Shown here: positions 26,933 to 38,645 of the stretch, in pieces
Position numbering within the stretch: the first letter of the stretch is position 1
Layout: every line of letters starts with the position of its first letter
NCBI GenBank assembly: GCA_013265495.1
Contig: MU058065.1
Location: 1-64,000 of the forward strand
DNA length: 64,000 nt
Source of the DNA: Vicugna vicugna
Taxonomy: Eukaryota
Reading direction: 5' to 3'
The notes under the pieces: generated by a model
Databases searched by the model: none
The model's input: only the letters and a program-made list of their open reading frames with translations
What the model was told of the DNA's origin: nothing
Made by a program: the position numbers and the translations under genes

Positions 26933-27592
26933 GATTTAAGTGAAAGCAGTTCTCAGTGGGCACGGCTACAGCAGACACCTGATGTGTCCAGAGCCATGGC
27001 TGCTTTAAATCCTGTCTGCCGGTGCTGATCCAGGGTATTATGGTACAGCCTCTCCAGGCTTGAATGTAAGGGCCTTAGCCTAAAAACATGTCATATGCCT
27101 CAGTAGGAAGTCCTTTCTACCTATTTATATAGACATCTAGAATAAACACATTCTCCTCTGTAAGTCACATGGTATTAACTTTTAGAGGAATGCCTATCTT
27201 AGCCCCCTAGATAAGCATAGTTCTTCCTGAATATGCAGGTGAGGAGGAGAACTGTGTATCTGAAACTAAATTCCAACACACTTAACTAGCAATATGGTCT
27301 CAGGCTGAAAATCAAGGGACCTGAGTCCAGTATGAATCTTACTGTATCTGAGACTTCAAACCAATCAGACAGTATTTTCACATCAGTTATCTCCTTCCCT
27401 GGAGTTCTCTAACAATGCACCCAAATATGCAACTGCCCCTCCACCTAGTTTTGAGTCATTTTAGAGGCACAAGTACATAACGTGGGAAGCACTCTACAAC
27501 AGCTCAAACTCGTATTAATGTAACTCAATAGCAGCAAACACTGTAATTTCAAAAAATAAGTTTAAGTGTATTAAATGAAATAAAGTACTTAC

Positions 27593-27649
27593 CTGTGTTA
27601 TTAAAGTAGTATTGCTGTCTCGGGTAACCAGTATTGGAGGGAAAAATGC
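27593..27649 (-). CDS. RHBDD1: RHBDD1 internal coding exon (57 bp, symmetric phase 1-1), cytosolic linker
   Basis: tttccttcatctttag|GCATTTTT...AACACAG|gtaagt translates as (G)IFPSNTGYPRQQYYFNNT(G). It resembles the mammalian RHBDD1 GYPxxQYYFN linker and keeps the frame between the flanking exons. Confidence 0.92.
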
Positions 27650-27690
27650 CTAAAGATGAAGGAAACAGACATTTTCATTGTAGCCATAAG

Positions 27691-28661
27691 CTTTCCCCCC
27701 AGCTTTATCGAGGTATGATTGACAAATTATTATGGTACATGTTTAGGGTGTACAATGTGAATTTTTAAAAGGTATACAATGTGATGATTTAATACGCATA
27801 TACATTAGGAAATGATTACCACAATCAAGTTAATTAACACATTTATCACCTCATGTATTTACCATTGTGTATGTATGTATATGAGAGCACTTAAGATCTA
27901 TTCTCTTTATAAATTTCAAATATACAATACAGTGTTATTAACTGTAGTCACCATGCTGTATATTATATTCCTAGAACTTAATCATCATATAACCGGAAGT
28001 CTGTACCCTTTGACCAACATCTCGTTTCCCCCACTTGCCAGCCCCTGGAAACCACCATTCTACTCTCTGGTTCTGTGAGTTTAACTTTTTTAGATTTCAC
28101 ATGTAAGTGAGATCATACAGTATTTGTCTTCCTCTGGCTTATTTCACTTAGCATAATGTCATCCTGGTTTATCCATTTTGTCAAAAAAGACAGGATTTCT
28201 TTCTTTTTTATGGCTCAGTAATATTCCATTCTACATATATACATACCACATTTTCTTTATCTATTCATCTATGGACAGACATTTGGGTCGTTTCCTTATC
28301 TTGGCTATTGTGAATAATGCTGTAACAAACATGGGAGTACAGATATCTCTTTGAGATACTGATTTCATTTCCTTTGGCTTTATACTCATAAATGAGATTG
28401 CTGGACCACATGGTATTTCTATTTTAAATTTTTTGAGGAATCTCCACGCTGTTTTCCACAGTGGCTGCACCAATTTATATTCCCACCAACAGTGTACAAG
28501 GGTTCCCTTTGCTCAACATCCTCACCAACACTTGATATCTCTTGTCTTTTTGATAACTGCCATCTTAACACTTCCTGATTTCAATTTATGTTATAAAGCT
28601 ACGATAAACAAAACAGTACAGTACTGGCATAAAACTAGATACATCATCCAATGGAACAGAA
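27691..28661 (-). mobile_element. L1 (L1MA-like) 3' end with an inverted 5' ORF2 segment and a 10-bp TSD
   Basis: Minus-strand L1 3' UTR/ORF2 end at 27691-28570 (ORF 28261..28473 [20 protein letters not shown]...). Plus-strand ORF2 piece at 28568-28664 ([32 protein letters not shown]). TSD tagccataag at 27681-27690 and 28662-28671. Confidence 0.9.
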
Positions 28662-28725
28662 TAGCCATAAGGCTGTAACTACCTTTTCAACAATTAAGAG
28701 ATTCTCTGTAATAAAGGTCTAAGTC

Positions 28726-29221
28726 ATTTATTTTTATTTTTATTTTTTAGTTCTTATTTTTTATTGAAGTGTAGTCAATTTACAACATTAGTTTCAAGGG
28801 TACAACAGGGCGATTCAGTTGCACATATACATACACACACACACACATATACAGTTTCCTTTCCATTGTGGCTTATTATAAGAAACTGAATATAGTTCCC
28901 TGTGCTATACAGTAGGTCCTTGTTGTTTATCTATTTTATATATAATAATGTGTATCTGTTAATCCCAAACTCCTAATCTATCCTTCCTCTCCTCTTTTCC
29001 CCCTGGTAACCATAGTTTGTTTTCTACGTCAATGAGTCTATTTCTGGTTTGTAAATACAATTTATTTTTTTTTTACATTCCACACATAAGCAACATCATA
29101 TGATATTTGTCTTTCTCTGTCTGACTTACTTCACTTAATATAATAATCTCTAGGTCCATCCATGTTGCTGCAGATTGCACTGTTTCACTCTTTTTTATGG
29201 CTGAGTAATATTTCATTACTT

Positions 29222-29263
<42 letters not shown>

Positions 29264-29568
29264 GACATCTTCTTTATTCATTTATCTGTCAGTGAACATT
29301 TAGGTTGCTCCCACGTCTTGGCTATTGTAAACCACACTGCTATGAACACTGGGGTGCATGTATTTTTTTGAATTAGAGTTTTCTCCATTTATATGCCCAG
29401 GAGTGGGATGGCTGGATCAAACAATAAGTCCTCCATAGTGGCTGCACCAATTTACATTCCTACCAACAGTGTAGGAGGGTTCCTTTTTTTTCACACCCTC
29501 TCCAGCATTTATTATTTGTAGACTTCTTAATGATGGCCATTTTGACTGGTGTGAGGTGATACCTCATT
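28726..29568 (-). mobile_element. Younger lineage-specific L1, 5'-truncated 3' end with A-rich tail
   Basis: T-rich tail on the plus strand, then tttattgaagtgtagtcaatttacaa...gaatatagttccctgtgctatacagtagg...ggctgcaccaatttacattcc...tgactggtgtgaggtgatacctcatt. ORF 29460..29645 ([35 protein letters not shown]) is the L1 ORF2 C-terminus. Confidence 0.92.
29227..29261. repeat. (CA)n microsatellite inside L1
   Basis: About 17 uninterrupted CA units. Confidence 0.95.
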
Positions 29569-31436
29569 TTAAATGATTTCCAAACAAGTGTTATAATAAG
29601 CGCCTTCTTTTGTTTGGGGTTAGCCCTATAGTGAACAGAATGCATTTTGGGGGGATGATGAAACTCTAACTTTTACTCTCTGAAGGTCCTTAAGGTTCCT
29701 GTTGACATGAGATGGCCTTTGCCTTCCAAAAGACCAAGCTTGGTCTTTGAGAGATGACCTCAAAGATCATCTCTACTTGTACACCGCTGCACGAGTAGAG
29801 ATATTCTGGCTACAGAGAGAACTTGTCCCCAGCAAGGGAGTTAGGAGGGCCACGCTCTCACCCTTCCTAAGGGACTTCCCCTCTCTCATCCCTGCAGGGG
29901 TGATGGGACAGGCAATTTAGCACTGCTGAAAGGGAGAGAGGGAGGAGCGACAGGCCGCACCTTCGGTGTGATGCTCTCTCCCAGGAGTTCTGGGACAGCA
30001 GCCTTCACGTGTGTGATTATTTTCCACAGGATTCCTGTCACCTCAATTCTCAGATCACTCTTGACCTTTCTCCAGTTTCACAGGGAAAAAAGGCAGAGAA
30101 ATTGCAGGCTGTGTATAAACAGCACTGAGTGTTTCAACTTTTGGTATTTAATTTTCTACTGCATTACTTTGAAAATAGAATGATGTAAGAGTAAGTCTCC
30201 ATAGAAAATAGGCAAGGTTTTAAGAAGGTAAACTAAGAGCTTAAATGTTATAATTGTGGGAAAAATCCTCTTTAAAAACAAAATGATTGCCTAAATTTCA
30301 TAATATGTCATAGAAAGCTTTACTAACCACTTAATCTTCAGACACACAGGAAAAAAAGGAAACAAAACATTAGACTCTCAAGACTCATTTCTTTTCCTTT
30401 ATCAGTAAGGAGAGCATTTGGACAACAAAGCTCATTACTAGATTTCCATAATTAAGTTGTATCAAAAATATAATAAAAAAGGACATTTTCAATAGATGAA
30501 GCTCCTGCTGCCTCCTTCAAGCACACACACTAGAAACAGTAACAGGCAAATGTAGGAAAATAAAAATCTGCTTCAACGCAACACAGCCTGTAAAAATCAT
30601 CCGAAAGTGAATACAACCAGCTAATAAAGGCACAATGCTCGGAAATCTCTCTAATATCATGAATATTATATGGTTCTCAGGAATACCAGTCATCGGCACA
30701 AACTGTGAAAACAAATTATATATGGTTCATGAAAAGGTAAAATAGTCTCAGAAGATTTCCCATGAATAAAAGATGAAAGATTGGAACTCATATGGTCTAC
30801 AGAACAAGTGTTTGCAAAATAGTTTTCTTATAAGACTAGTATAGCATTTTAAATGAAGAGGTCAAAAAATTCTTATGTTTCTAAATAAAATATTTTCATT
30901 GAGCATTCATTAGAAGGAAAAAAAATTTAATTAAAAAGCAGAAGCCAAGCTTCAAGCAATAACAGACTTGGTTTGGCCATGAATGAATATATCTCGCCCA
31001 CCAGGGACCCAGTGGTCATTCTGAATTCTTTAAAATACTGGCCTTGCACTTCAGGACATATTTGTCTTTCTTTTTTTAACCTTGCCTTGCATGCACAGGA
31101 ATTACTGGAATATTATAGAAGAAAGCATATTTTAAACCCGCTTTAGTTTTCTGAATGTCAAGGAAATTGTGGTTTTCTGTGAGTAGCAATAATGCTGTGG
31201 GTATAAATATATACTGCTATTTGTCCCCAAAGAAAGCCTCAGGTTTAAAATCTGGGTTTGCAGCCTCTTCTGCAGAACAGTGCGAGGAACAGCACCAGCT
31301 GGCTGATCTCTTGGTTTAAAAAGGGCCTATTAGGGAATTCCTAAGCTGCACCACAGGGAAATGTGGGGTTGCTTCTGTTTCCATTAAAATGAAGATGAGC
31401 TTCCCACTTGTCCTGCAAAGGTGTTCTGTTCTGTAC

Positions 31437-31525
31437 CTGCACAGGTTTTCATGATCTTCTTCAGAGGCCCACAAGTGTACATGAGTCCAACAAGAATCCC
31501 GGCCAGATGCCCGGCGAAGGAAGTC
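31437..31525 (-). CDS. RHBDD1: RHBDD1 internal coding exon (89 bp) with the catalytic His (AGHLAG)
   Basis: ctccttctcccccag|GACTTCC...TGTGCAG|gtacag translates as (G)TSFAGHLAGILVGLMYTCGPLKKIMKTCA(G), containing the rhomboid HxxGxxxG motif. Its phase-2 start matches the upstream exon. Also visible inside ORF 31384..31602. Confidence 0.97.
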
Positions 31526-34500
31526 CTGGGGGAGAAGGAGAGCTTTTGTGAGTGTGTGTTCCGCTGCTGATTACACACTGTCTTCTCATTAGCCCAGCGC
31601 ATGTCAATTAGTCACAGTCTGCAGGCTTTGTTCCACATCACATCTTTTATGCTGAGCAGCATTTAACTTAGTCCCAAGAACAACATTTCCTACCTTTAAA
31701 AAAAAAAAAGTACAGCAAGTAACAACCATGATATGCAACATCCTTCTTTGACCAAGAGAAGTAGGCTGGCTCCTTCGGAGCAGCGGAAGCCTTTTGATAA
31801 GACAACCCATCATATATCTAAATTTTTTCTCTGTAGCTCTTATCACAGAACATAAATGAAATTGGTTTTCTCTTAATTAAATCTTGACTCACCCAGCCAC
31901 TGTGAGGGACAGGAGCTACCTATGCTTACGGCAGAGCAGACTGCTACATTTTTCAACCCTGCTGACCAGTGAGCAGAGAGCAAGAGCAACTCGGCAGAAG
32001 AGACTGAGATGTCCACTCCCCGCCCCCCAAAACGTATCTTGCAGTCGCTCAGCAAAAAAAACAAAAAAAAACAAAACCCAAAATGTAAACTTCAAGCTTG
32101 AATGATGAGATTGAGCATTAAATTGGTTCCACTCTTCTTAAAACAGCATCTGAAATTGGCAATCCCCTCTAAATATAAACACAAGGCAAGCTTCAGCTAA
32201 GTATATGTTGAATGAATAAAAGAATAAATGAAAGAAAATCACCCAGCGGGGCTCCCTGCCCCCCTCAGCTTTTGCTCTCAATGCAGCCGGGACCCAGCTA
32301 TCAGTTATTCTCCTAAAACAGAAGCCAAGTGATGGGTGTCACTGCCACCCTGTGGGACTCACCGACTCCTCTGTCTCCAGATGCCCTGGCCTGCAGTCAA
32401 GGCCTTCCGACCCCTGGCCTTGCCCATCCCTTCCTTCCAGCCTCACCTCCAGCCAAATCCATCCCCCCAGCCCACTGCCAGATCCCCCAGGTGTTCACAG
32501 GTGAACACAAGGCTCAGCTGGACAGCACTCCTGTCATAAAGAACCCTGTCCTAGTTGAAGAGTTGCTCTCTCCTTCTGCCGGCCCCCCTGAGAGCCGCTA
32601 CTTCGGCCTTCACGAGAGCACGCATCAGGCCTGCTGGGCAGCAGAGTGCTCACGTGCGCCTGTCTGTCCCTCTCCTCCAAACTCCCTGAGGGCAGCAGCG
32701 GTGTCTTATCCACCTGTTACGCTAAATTAGAAGCAAAAGAAAAAAAAGAAAAAGAAATCAAAAAAGGTGAAGCATATGAATACATATCATAGGTATGAAC
32801 ACATGAGGGGAAATGACCCCTGACTCCAGAAGAGGGGGCAACGGAAAGTGACCAAAGAGCCGGACGCGAACTCCAAGTGCGTGGTGAGTCCTGTGGGTCT
32901 CACACACGTATTTCACACACCTAGACTGTGCCTGGCACAGGACAGACTCTCAAATAGGTGTTGAATGTGTCCCAGGATGGGTTCACCAGGAGCACCAGGA
33001 GGCAAGTTAAACCCGCTGCGTCTTCCGCCTCGGCGCTGTGGTGCTGATGTTCACCCACGCGAGACCTAGAGTCAAATCCAACACACTTGGCGACCAGGGC
33101 AGCAAAGAACAGGGCAAAGAGGCCCCTGATGCTGCCGGCAAGGCGGCCACTGTGAATGTGACTGTCTAAAGGCCAGGGAGATATGCTGGCTCTCAGGAAA
33201 GAACAGGTAAGGGATAGAGACTTCAGAGAAGACACAGAAGGAAGCCTTCTGCAGACAGGATGCTTATCCCAGTAGTCAACCCTCCTACCCCCCAAGCAAG
33301 GCCCTGCACACGTCCACGCACCCCGAAAGTCACAGTGCACGCGCGCACATACACACATGAGCATTCCCTTCAGGAGAGCTACTATTTTCATCAAATACAC
33401 CTACCTCGCAGTATGTTTAACCTGATGATAAAAACGTGGGATCAGACACTCGGTTTCCCATTTTCGGGGAAGAATAGTATGAACTGTGCTTTCCTTTAGC
33501 TTTTCCAAACAAAACCAAAATTGTACTTATTCTATTTTTAGGCTAAATAAATGCTCCAACTAGTTCTAGGAATGGCAAAGAAAGTGGTAGTTTGAGGGAA
33601 ACAAAGAAGAGGCCAGAATCAATTTTTTTAAAAATCATAACCTCAAGTTAATTGAAAAGAATAAAAGAACATCAGTATTCTTGAAATGTTCTAAACCAAT
33701 CTTTATGGTGAATCACATAGATATAAAATGACATGGGAGAGAATTTCAGTTTAAAACCCCAACCTTTTAAACAATCAACCTTGAATCTCATTTACAAGTT
33801 AGAGTATAATACAGTTAAATGAATTTCTTATCTCTCTAAATGGGTTTGCAGAAGCCCGAGTTGGGTAATCTAACTGCAGATAACTAGGGAAGGGAGGCTG
33901 GCAGACCAGAGACCATTTTGCAATATCCTTTAAAATTCAGCATTTTCTACAGAAGTTCCGTCTCAAAACTCTAGCTGTCCTTGTCATTTTGTTTAAGCTC
34001 TATAAAAATGTTCTTCTTTTAAAGTAAAAACAAGAAGAGATTATGATCTTATTCAATCAAAACTGAGACTCTCTCAGCATTACACACAAAAAGGGGGTGG
34101 ATTCCATAACTGAAAAAGGAAATATAAGCTCACTTTAAGAGGTATATTAACTGGCACCTTGCTGTAGGTAACCTTGTGATAAACCACTTCGTTTCACCCT
34201 CTAAGAGATTTCCATGTCCTGAGAGAGGAAACAGACCTGCAGACAGGAAATGGAAATGGAACTGGAAACTATCTTCCCCCCAGCAGGATGGGCACCCCAG
34301 TCCTAAGATTAGGGCACTTTATCCCTGCCCCAGGGGGTGCTGCAAAGCCACAAGGAGGCCCTGGGCTTTGGGGGAAGAAGACACATCTGATCAGTGTCTG
34401 GGATCTACTTCTGGTGTAACAGCTTTAGAAACAGATTGTGTTATTATGATCACAAGTATGCATGCTAAACAGATGTTCTGACATTTGTGGCATCTGAGGA

Positions 34501-35719
34501 TGCCCGCGGCTCCTCAGCACGCTTCTCTGATCTCAGTTATACCTTCAGGCTGACACCCCAAGGGGCAGGCTGGGAAAACCCTGCTCTTAAGAACAGCTTC
34601 TTCTTGACCTAACTAGGTCTCAGGCTGGGACTGAGGATTTGGTGATGATCTGTCACCCTCTAACCGAATCCAAGGTAATTCCTCAGGGACAGAACCACCA
34701 TACTCCACCGCATATCCCTGACCACACTGAGCACAGTAAACGGCCTGACACTAGCACTCAGTAAACAACCACCGAATGAGTGGAGAAGTGGAAGTAAAAT
34801 TACACGTAACGCGCACAGATCTGACATACACTACAACTGCACCATAAAAACACAAGCTATACTGGCCACCAATTAATAGCTGTTTTAGTATCAAACCTCA
34901 CTGGGAGAGAGAATGGCTGAACAGAACACCGCCTCCCCCGCCCTCCCCTCTGCACACTGGGACAACGTATTACACAAAACATGCGCTCAATTACCAAAAC
35001 AACAGCACTAGCCTATCATTATACCCTAAAATTGGTCACTTAGAAGCTCTGTTTTTTCTGATAGCTCACTAATGACTCTCTTCAGGAAATTATAACAGCT
35101 AGAAGCAAACACCGATTGTGATGGTGAGATAAAGTCACAGGAGTCAGCATCACTGCTGCTGTGTTTGGCCACTCAGGCTGCACACTGTACAGTGTACAAA
35201 TAATCTGTCCAGGGTCTCAACAGTGCCACAACGTAACCAGTACTTACAGATCCAATATTCAAATTCAGATCATCCTATCTCACCTCCAAAGCAAGTTCAG
35301 TACTGATGTAATTTCATTTTAATAGGGGACAAGACCATAATCCAGGAGTTCTTAAACTTGTCCAGGTTCTAAACCCCTTTAAATGTCTGATAAAAGCCAT
35401 GAATCCCGCCTGCAGGAAAACTACACATACGCAAAATACGTCACTATATTTTAGGAAGTTCATAGATGGCTTGGATCCTATCCCCTGATCTCTCATTAAG
35501 TACCGCTGTCTGAAATGAAAGCAATTTGTCACAAACAGAAGAATTTCAAACATCAGCACCAAGTCTAAGCAGTTATATACGCAACTGGAAAAACATTTTG
35601 TTTGTACTCAAATCCTAATGCAGAGGCAGCCATTTACGTAGCTTACTTAAGTTTATGACCACGTCTGATTTCTTTGTCGGGCCACTGCTCTGTAAGGGTG
35701 GAACCTACATCTGGGTTTG

Positions 35720-36110
35720 ATTTCCTTCTTTCTAAAATCCAACTTTCAGTAATTCTTTCAGTTAAAGTCTGAGAGTAAAAAATTCTGCTAGTCTTTGTGT
35801 GATCCAGAAGGTCCTTATTGTTGCATCCCATTTTGATGACAGGTTTAGGATCTACTGCTGCTGCTACGAAATGCACTGTCCATCAGGCAGTCATTCTTCT
35901 AGGCGCAATCCGTCTCTTCTCTCAGCCTTTAAGATTTTCTCTTTATGTTGGATTTACAATCTTATACAACAATCATTCCAGCTGTAGATTTGTTTACCCT
36001 CCTTGAGATTAGCTGTGCTCTTTCAACCCAAGGTCTCGTCTTTCTGCAATTTTGAAAAATCATCAGCCATTGTTTTTTGCCCTCTTACTCTCTGGATATT
36101 TCCTGACACA
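35720..36110 (-). mobile_element. Very old L1 (ORF1-like) remnant
   Basis: Antisense L1-like text: tccaactttcagtaattctttcag, cagcctttaagattttctctttat, ttctgcaattttgaaaaatcatcagccatt. Confidence 0.5.
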
Positions 36111-37878
36111 GAGAGGGGGCTCAATATGTATTTACAGAAAAAACTAAAAAAAAAAAAAATGAAAGCAAATATGAAATCAATGTTGCTACACATTACTTAT
36201 ATGGGGTAGAGAAGATGGAAAGATAATTTTGGAGCAAAACTAAGATGAAGATATGATTGTGGGTTACATGTCAATTATATCTCAGTAAAGCCAGAAAAAA
36301 GTATACGATTGTGGATTTTAATTATGCAAACTATATTCAGATATTATTAACACCAACACGAATGCAGCATTCTTTCCTATCATGCTAGCATCAACTGACC
36401 CTCACTCCTTTAAGAGGCTACTTGTAAGGCTGAGCTAAGCTGTTATGCAAATGTTCCTACTGCCATGTGCCACTGTTAAAGAATCAAAAACTAAAGCTAT
36501 GATTGAAAGCTGGGACAAGCTATAAAGGTCCTCTGTTAAACGGAAAATTCTTTCCACAGTTGAAGAGGCTACCCTCTCAGGCATAGCTCAGAAAGCAGAA
36601 AATGTATTACTTCTAAGATATAATCTCTGGGTGTACGCAGAGCAAACGACCTCATGAAGGACGTAATTTGATGGAGACACAGTGTTGGACAAGGTAAGAT
36701 AATAAGGTAAGGTAAGAGGCAGTCAGTGAGAAGTGGCCTATTGTGCTGTATGTTCCAGAATTTCCTCCTGTAAAAGCAGTTACTACCAGGTAGGGGCTGA
36801 GCTGATCACAAGCTCAGGGGTTTGGGGAATTTTAATTAAAGGTCCCAGATTGGCAGCAGAGCAACAAGATGTAGCAAGAATTTTTCAGGTATTGAACATT
36901 AATGCCACGAGGGAAAATCCGGATGGGACTGCTTCTTCCCAAGATAAACTGTCCTTAAAGGACCTGTTTTCCATCGGTGATGCTTTCTTCAACCACTACA
37001 CCAGCCCGTGTCTTTGGCAATGGCAGTCTGGGACAGACTGGGTTTACATGTTCTCTCTTTGCTTCTCTCAATATAGTGCCCTCGTGCCCCCTCCCACCAC
37101 CTTTGGCCTCAAAGGTAAAATTATATCTCCCTTAAAGGCAATGCAACCTCTATTATCCATGTTGGTTTAATAAACGTGGCACCAACCTCAGACACAGGGC
37201 TGGGAGCTGACTGCTAACATCAGCCTGAGTCCCAGACAAACATGATCTGGACAAAAATAAGTATTGCAAAGGTAAGAGAAGCCTCTTTTACAAAAGAGCT
37301 TCCAATGTAATAGAGGATGCCTAGCAATGCCTTGGCTCTCAATTCCTGGCAGCAAGATAATTCCATGAGCTGGCTTAAGGAAGGAGCATTCGTTCACTCA
37401 TTCATCAAACATATATGGACTGACTACTACATAAACAAGACAAACACAGTCGTTGCCTCACGGAGCTTACAATTAGTCGGGGAAACAGACAGACACACAC
37501 ACATAAACTGCCAATTGTGGTGAGTGTAGGAAAAGAAGTCTACTTTCACTAAAGAGACCTGGGATGGCTCCTTAAATGGCATTTAAAGTGACTTCCACAA
37601 GATTGGGAGTTAGCACGTCCCAAAGTGAGGATGGGAGCTTCTGGCAGAGAAAAAGCACACATGGAAGAGCTGTGAGGCAGGCAAGAACGTGGTGTCTTAG
37701 AAACAGGGAGATGGCCATCAGGTGGCCGAGTACAGTGAGTTAGCAGAAGGACATGAGCATGAGATAAATTTGGAAAAGCAGGCCAGAGTCAGATCCCATA
37801 AGCCTCTGTGCCATGGGGAGGAATCTGGGTTGTTTCAAAAGTACACTGGGAGGCCACTGGAGTTTAAACAGAAGAAGT

Positions 37879-37880
<2 letters not shown>

Positions 37881-37929
<49 letters not shown>

Positions 37930-37970
37930 GAAAAGTGTGTGTGTGTGTGTATGGTGTGTGTGTGTGTGTG
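37881..37970. repeat. Compound (GT)n microsatellite
   Basis: About 22 pure GT units at 37881-37925 followed by two shorter GT runs. Confidence 0.97.
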
Positions 37971-38107
37971 TATTTACTGAAGTATACTCAGTTTACAATG
38001 TTGTGTCAGTTTCTGGTGTGCAGCATAATGCTACAGTCATACATGAACATATATAATTTGTTTTCACATTCTTTTTCAACATAAGTTACTACAAGATACT
38101 GAATATT
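37971..38107 (-). mobile_element. Short lineage-specific L1 3' tail
   Basis: tttactgaagtatactcagtttacaatgttgtgtcagtttctggtgtgcagcata...tacaagatactgaatat, related to the L1 ends at 28760 and 56150. Confidence 0.8.
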
Positions 38108-38509
38108 AAGCAGGAGAATTCTTAAGAGTGATCTACCGTGTCTGCTGAAAGAGCAGACTCTGGAGAGGTGAGAATGGCTGGTGTAAGCAGACCAGGAAGG
38201 AGGCTTAATGTGGTTCAGGTGAAAAATGATGGCTACTTGGAAGAGGGTAGTAGCAGTAAAGGTAGAGAGAAATGATTGGTTTGGGGTCTATTTTGTTGGC
38301 AGAGATAAAAGGACTTGCTGATGTAGTGTAGGGAGAGATCTAGGCTTTTGGTTTGTGCAATGAGATGGATGATGGAACCGTTTACTGTGATGGGGAAGCT
38401 GAGGGGGTAAAAGGGCAGGGTAGGGGTTGAATTCAAGAGGTAAGTTTTGATGTGTTTATCCTGAGATGCCTGCAGGACAATTAAATAGAGATATCCCACA
38501 GAGTGTTCA

Positions 38510-38645
38510 GGGGCAGAGGGTATAGCTCAGTGGTTAGAGTGCATGCTTAGCATGCATGAAGTCCTGGGTTCAATCCCCAGTACCCTCCATTAAATAAAAA
38601 ATTAAACAAAACCTAATTACCTCCCCCCCAAAAAAGACAAAAGAA
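38510..38645 (+). mobile_element. Camelid tRNA-derived SINE (Vic-1-like), apparently full-length
   Basis: gagggtatagctcagtggttagagtgcatgcttagcatgcatgaagtcctgggttcaatccccagtacc, with A box, B box and tail aaacctaattacctcccccc. Confidence 0.92.

Larger units (their letters stand above)
37386..38505 (-). mobile_element. L2 LINE remnant interrupted by a (GT)n/L1 tail
   Basis: L2 3' end ttcactcattcatcaaacat, then gagcttacaattagtcgggga and L2 body text (gggaggccactggag, gtttactgtgatggggaagct, tgagatgcctg). Confidence 0.7.

Noticed and set aside
28261..29645. ORFs with reverse-transcriptase-associated protein text
   Set aside because: They are fragments of truncated L1 ORF2 ends with stops and deletions, not functional genes.
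32329..33499. 133-aa and 159-aa ORFs in a GC-rich stretch
   Set aside because: Low-information translations with no homology I can recognise, partly overlapping L2-like remnants.
38518..38585. tRNA-like sequence with A and B boxes
   Set aside because: It is followed by the SINE tail, occurs in several diverged copies with TSDs, and lacks a proper acceptor stem. It is a SINE, not a tRNA gene.
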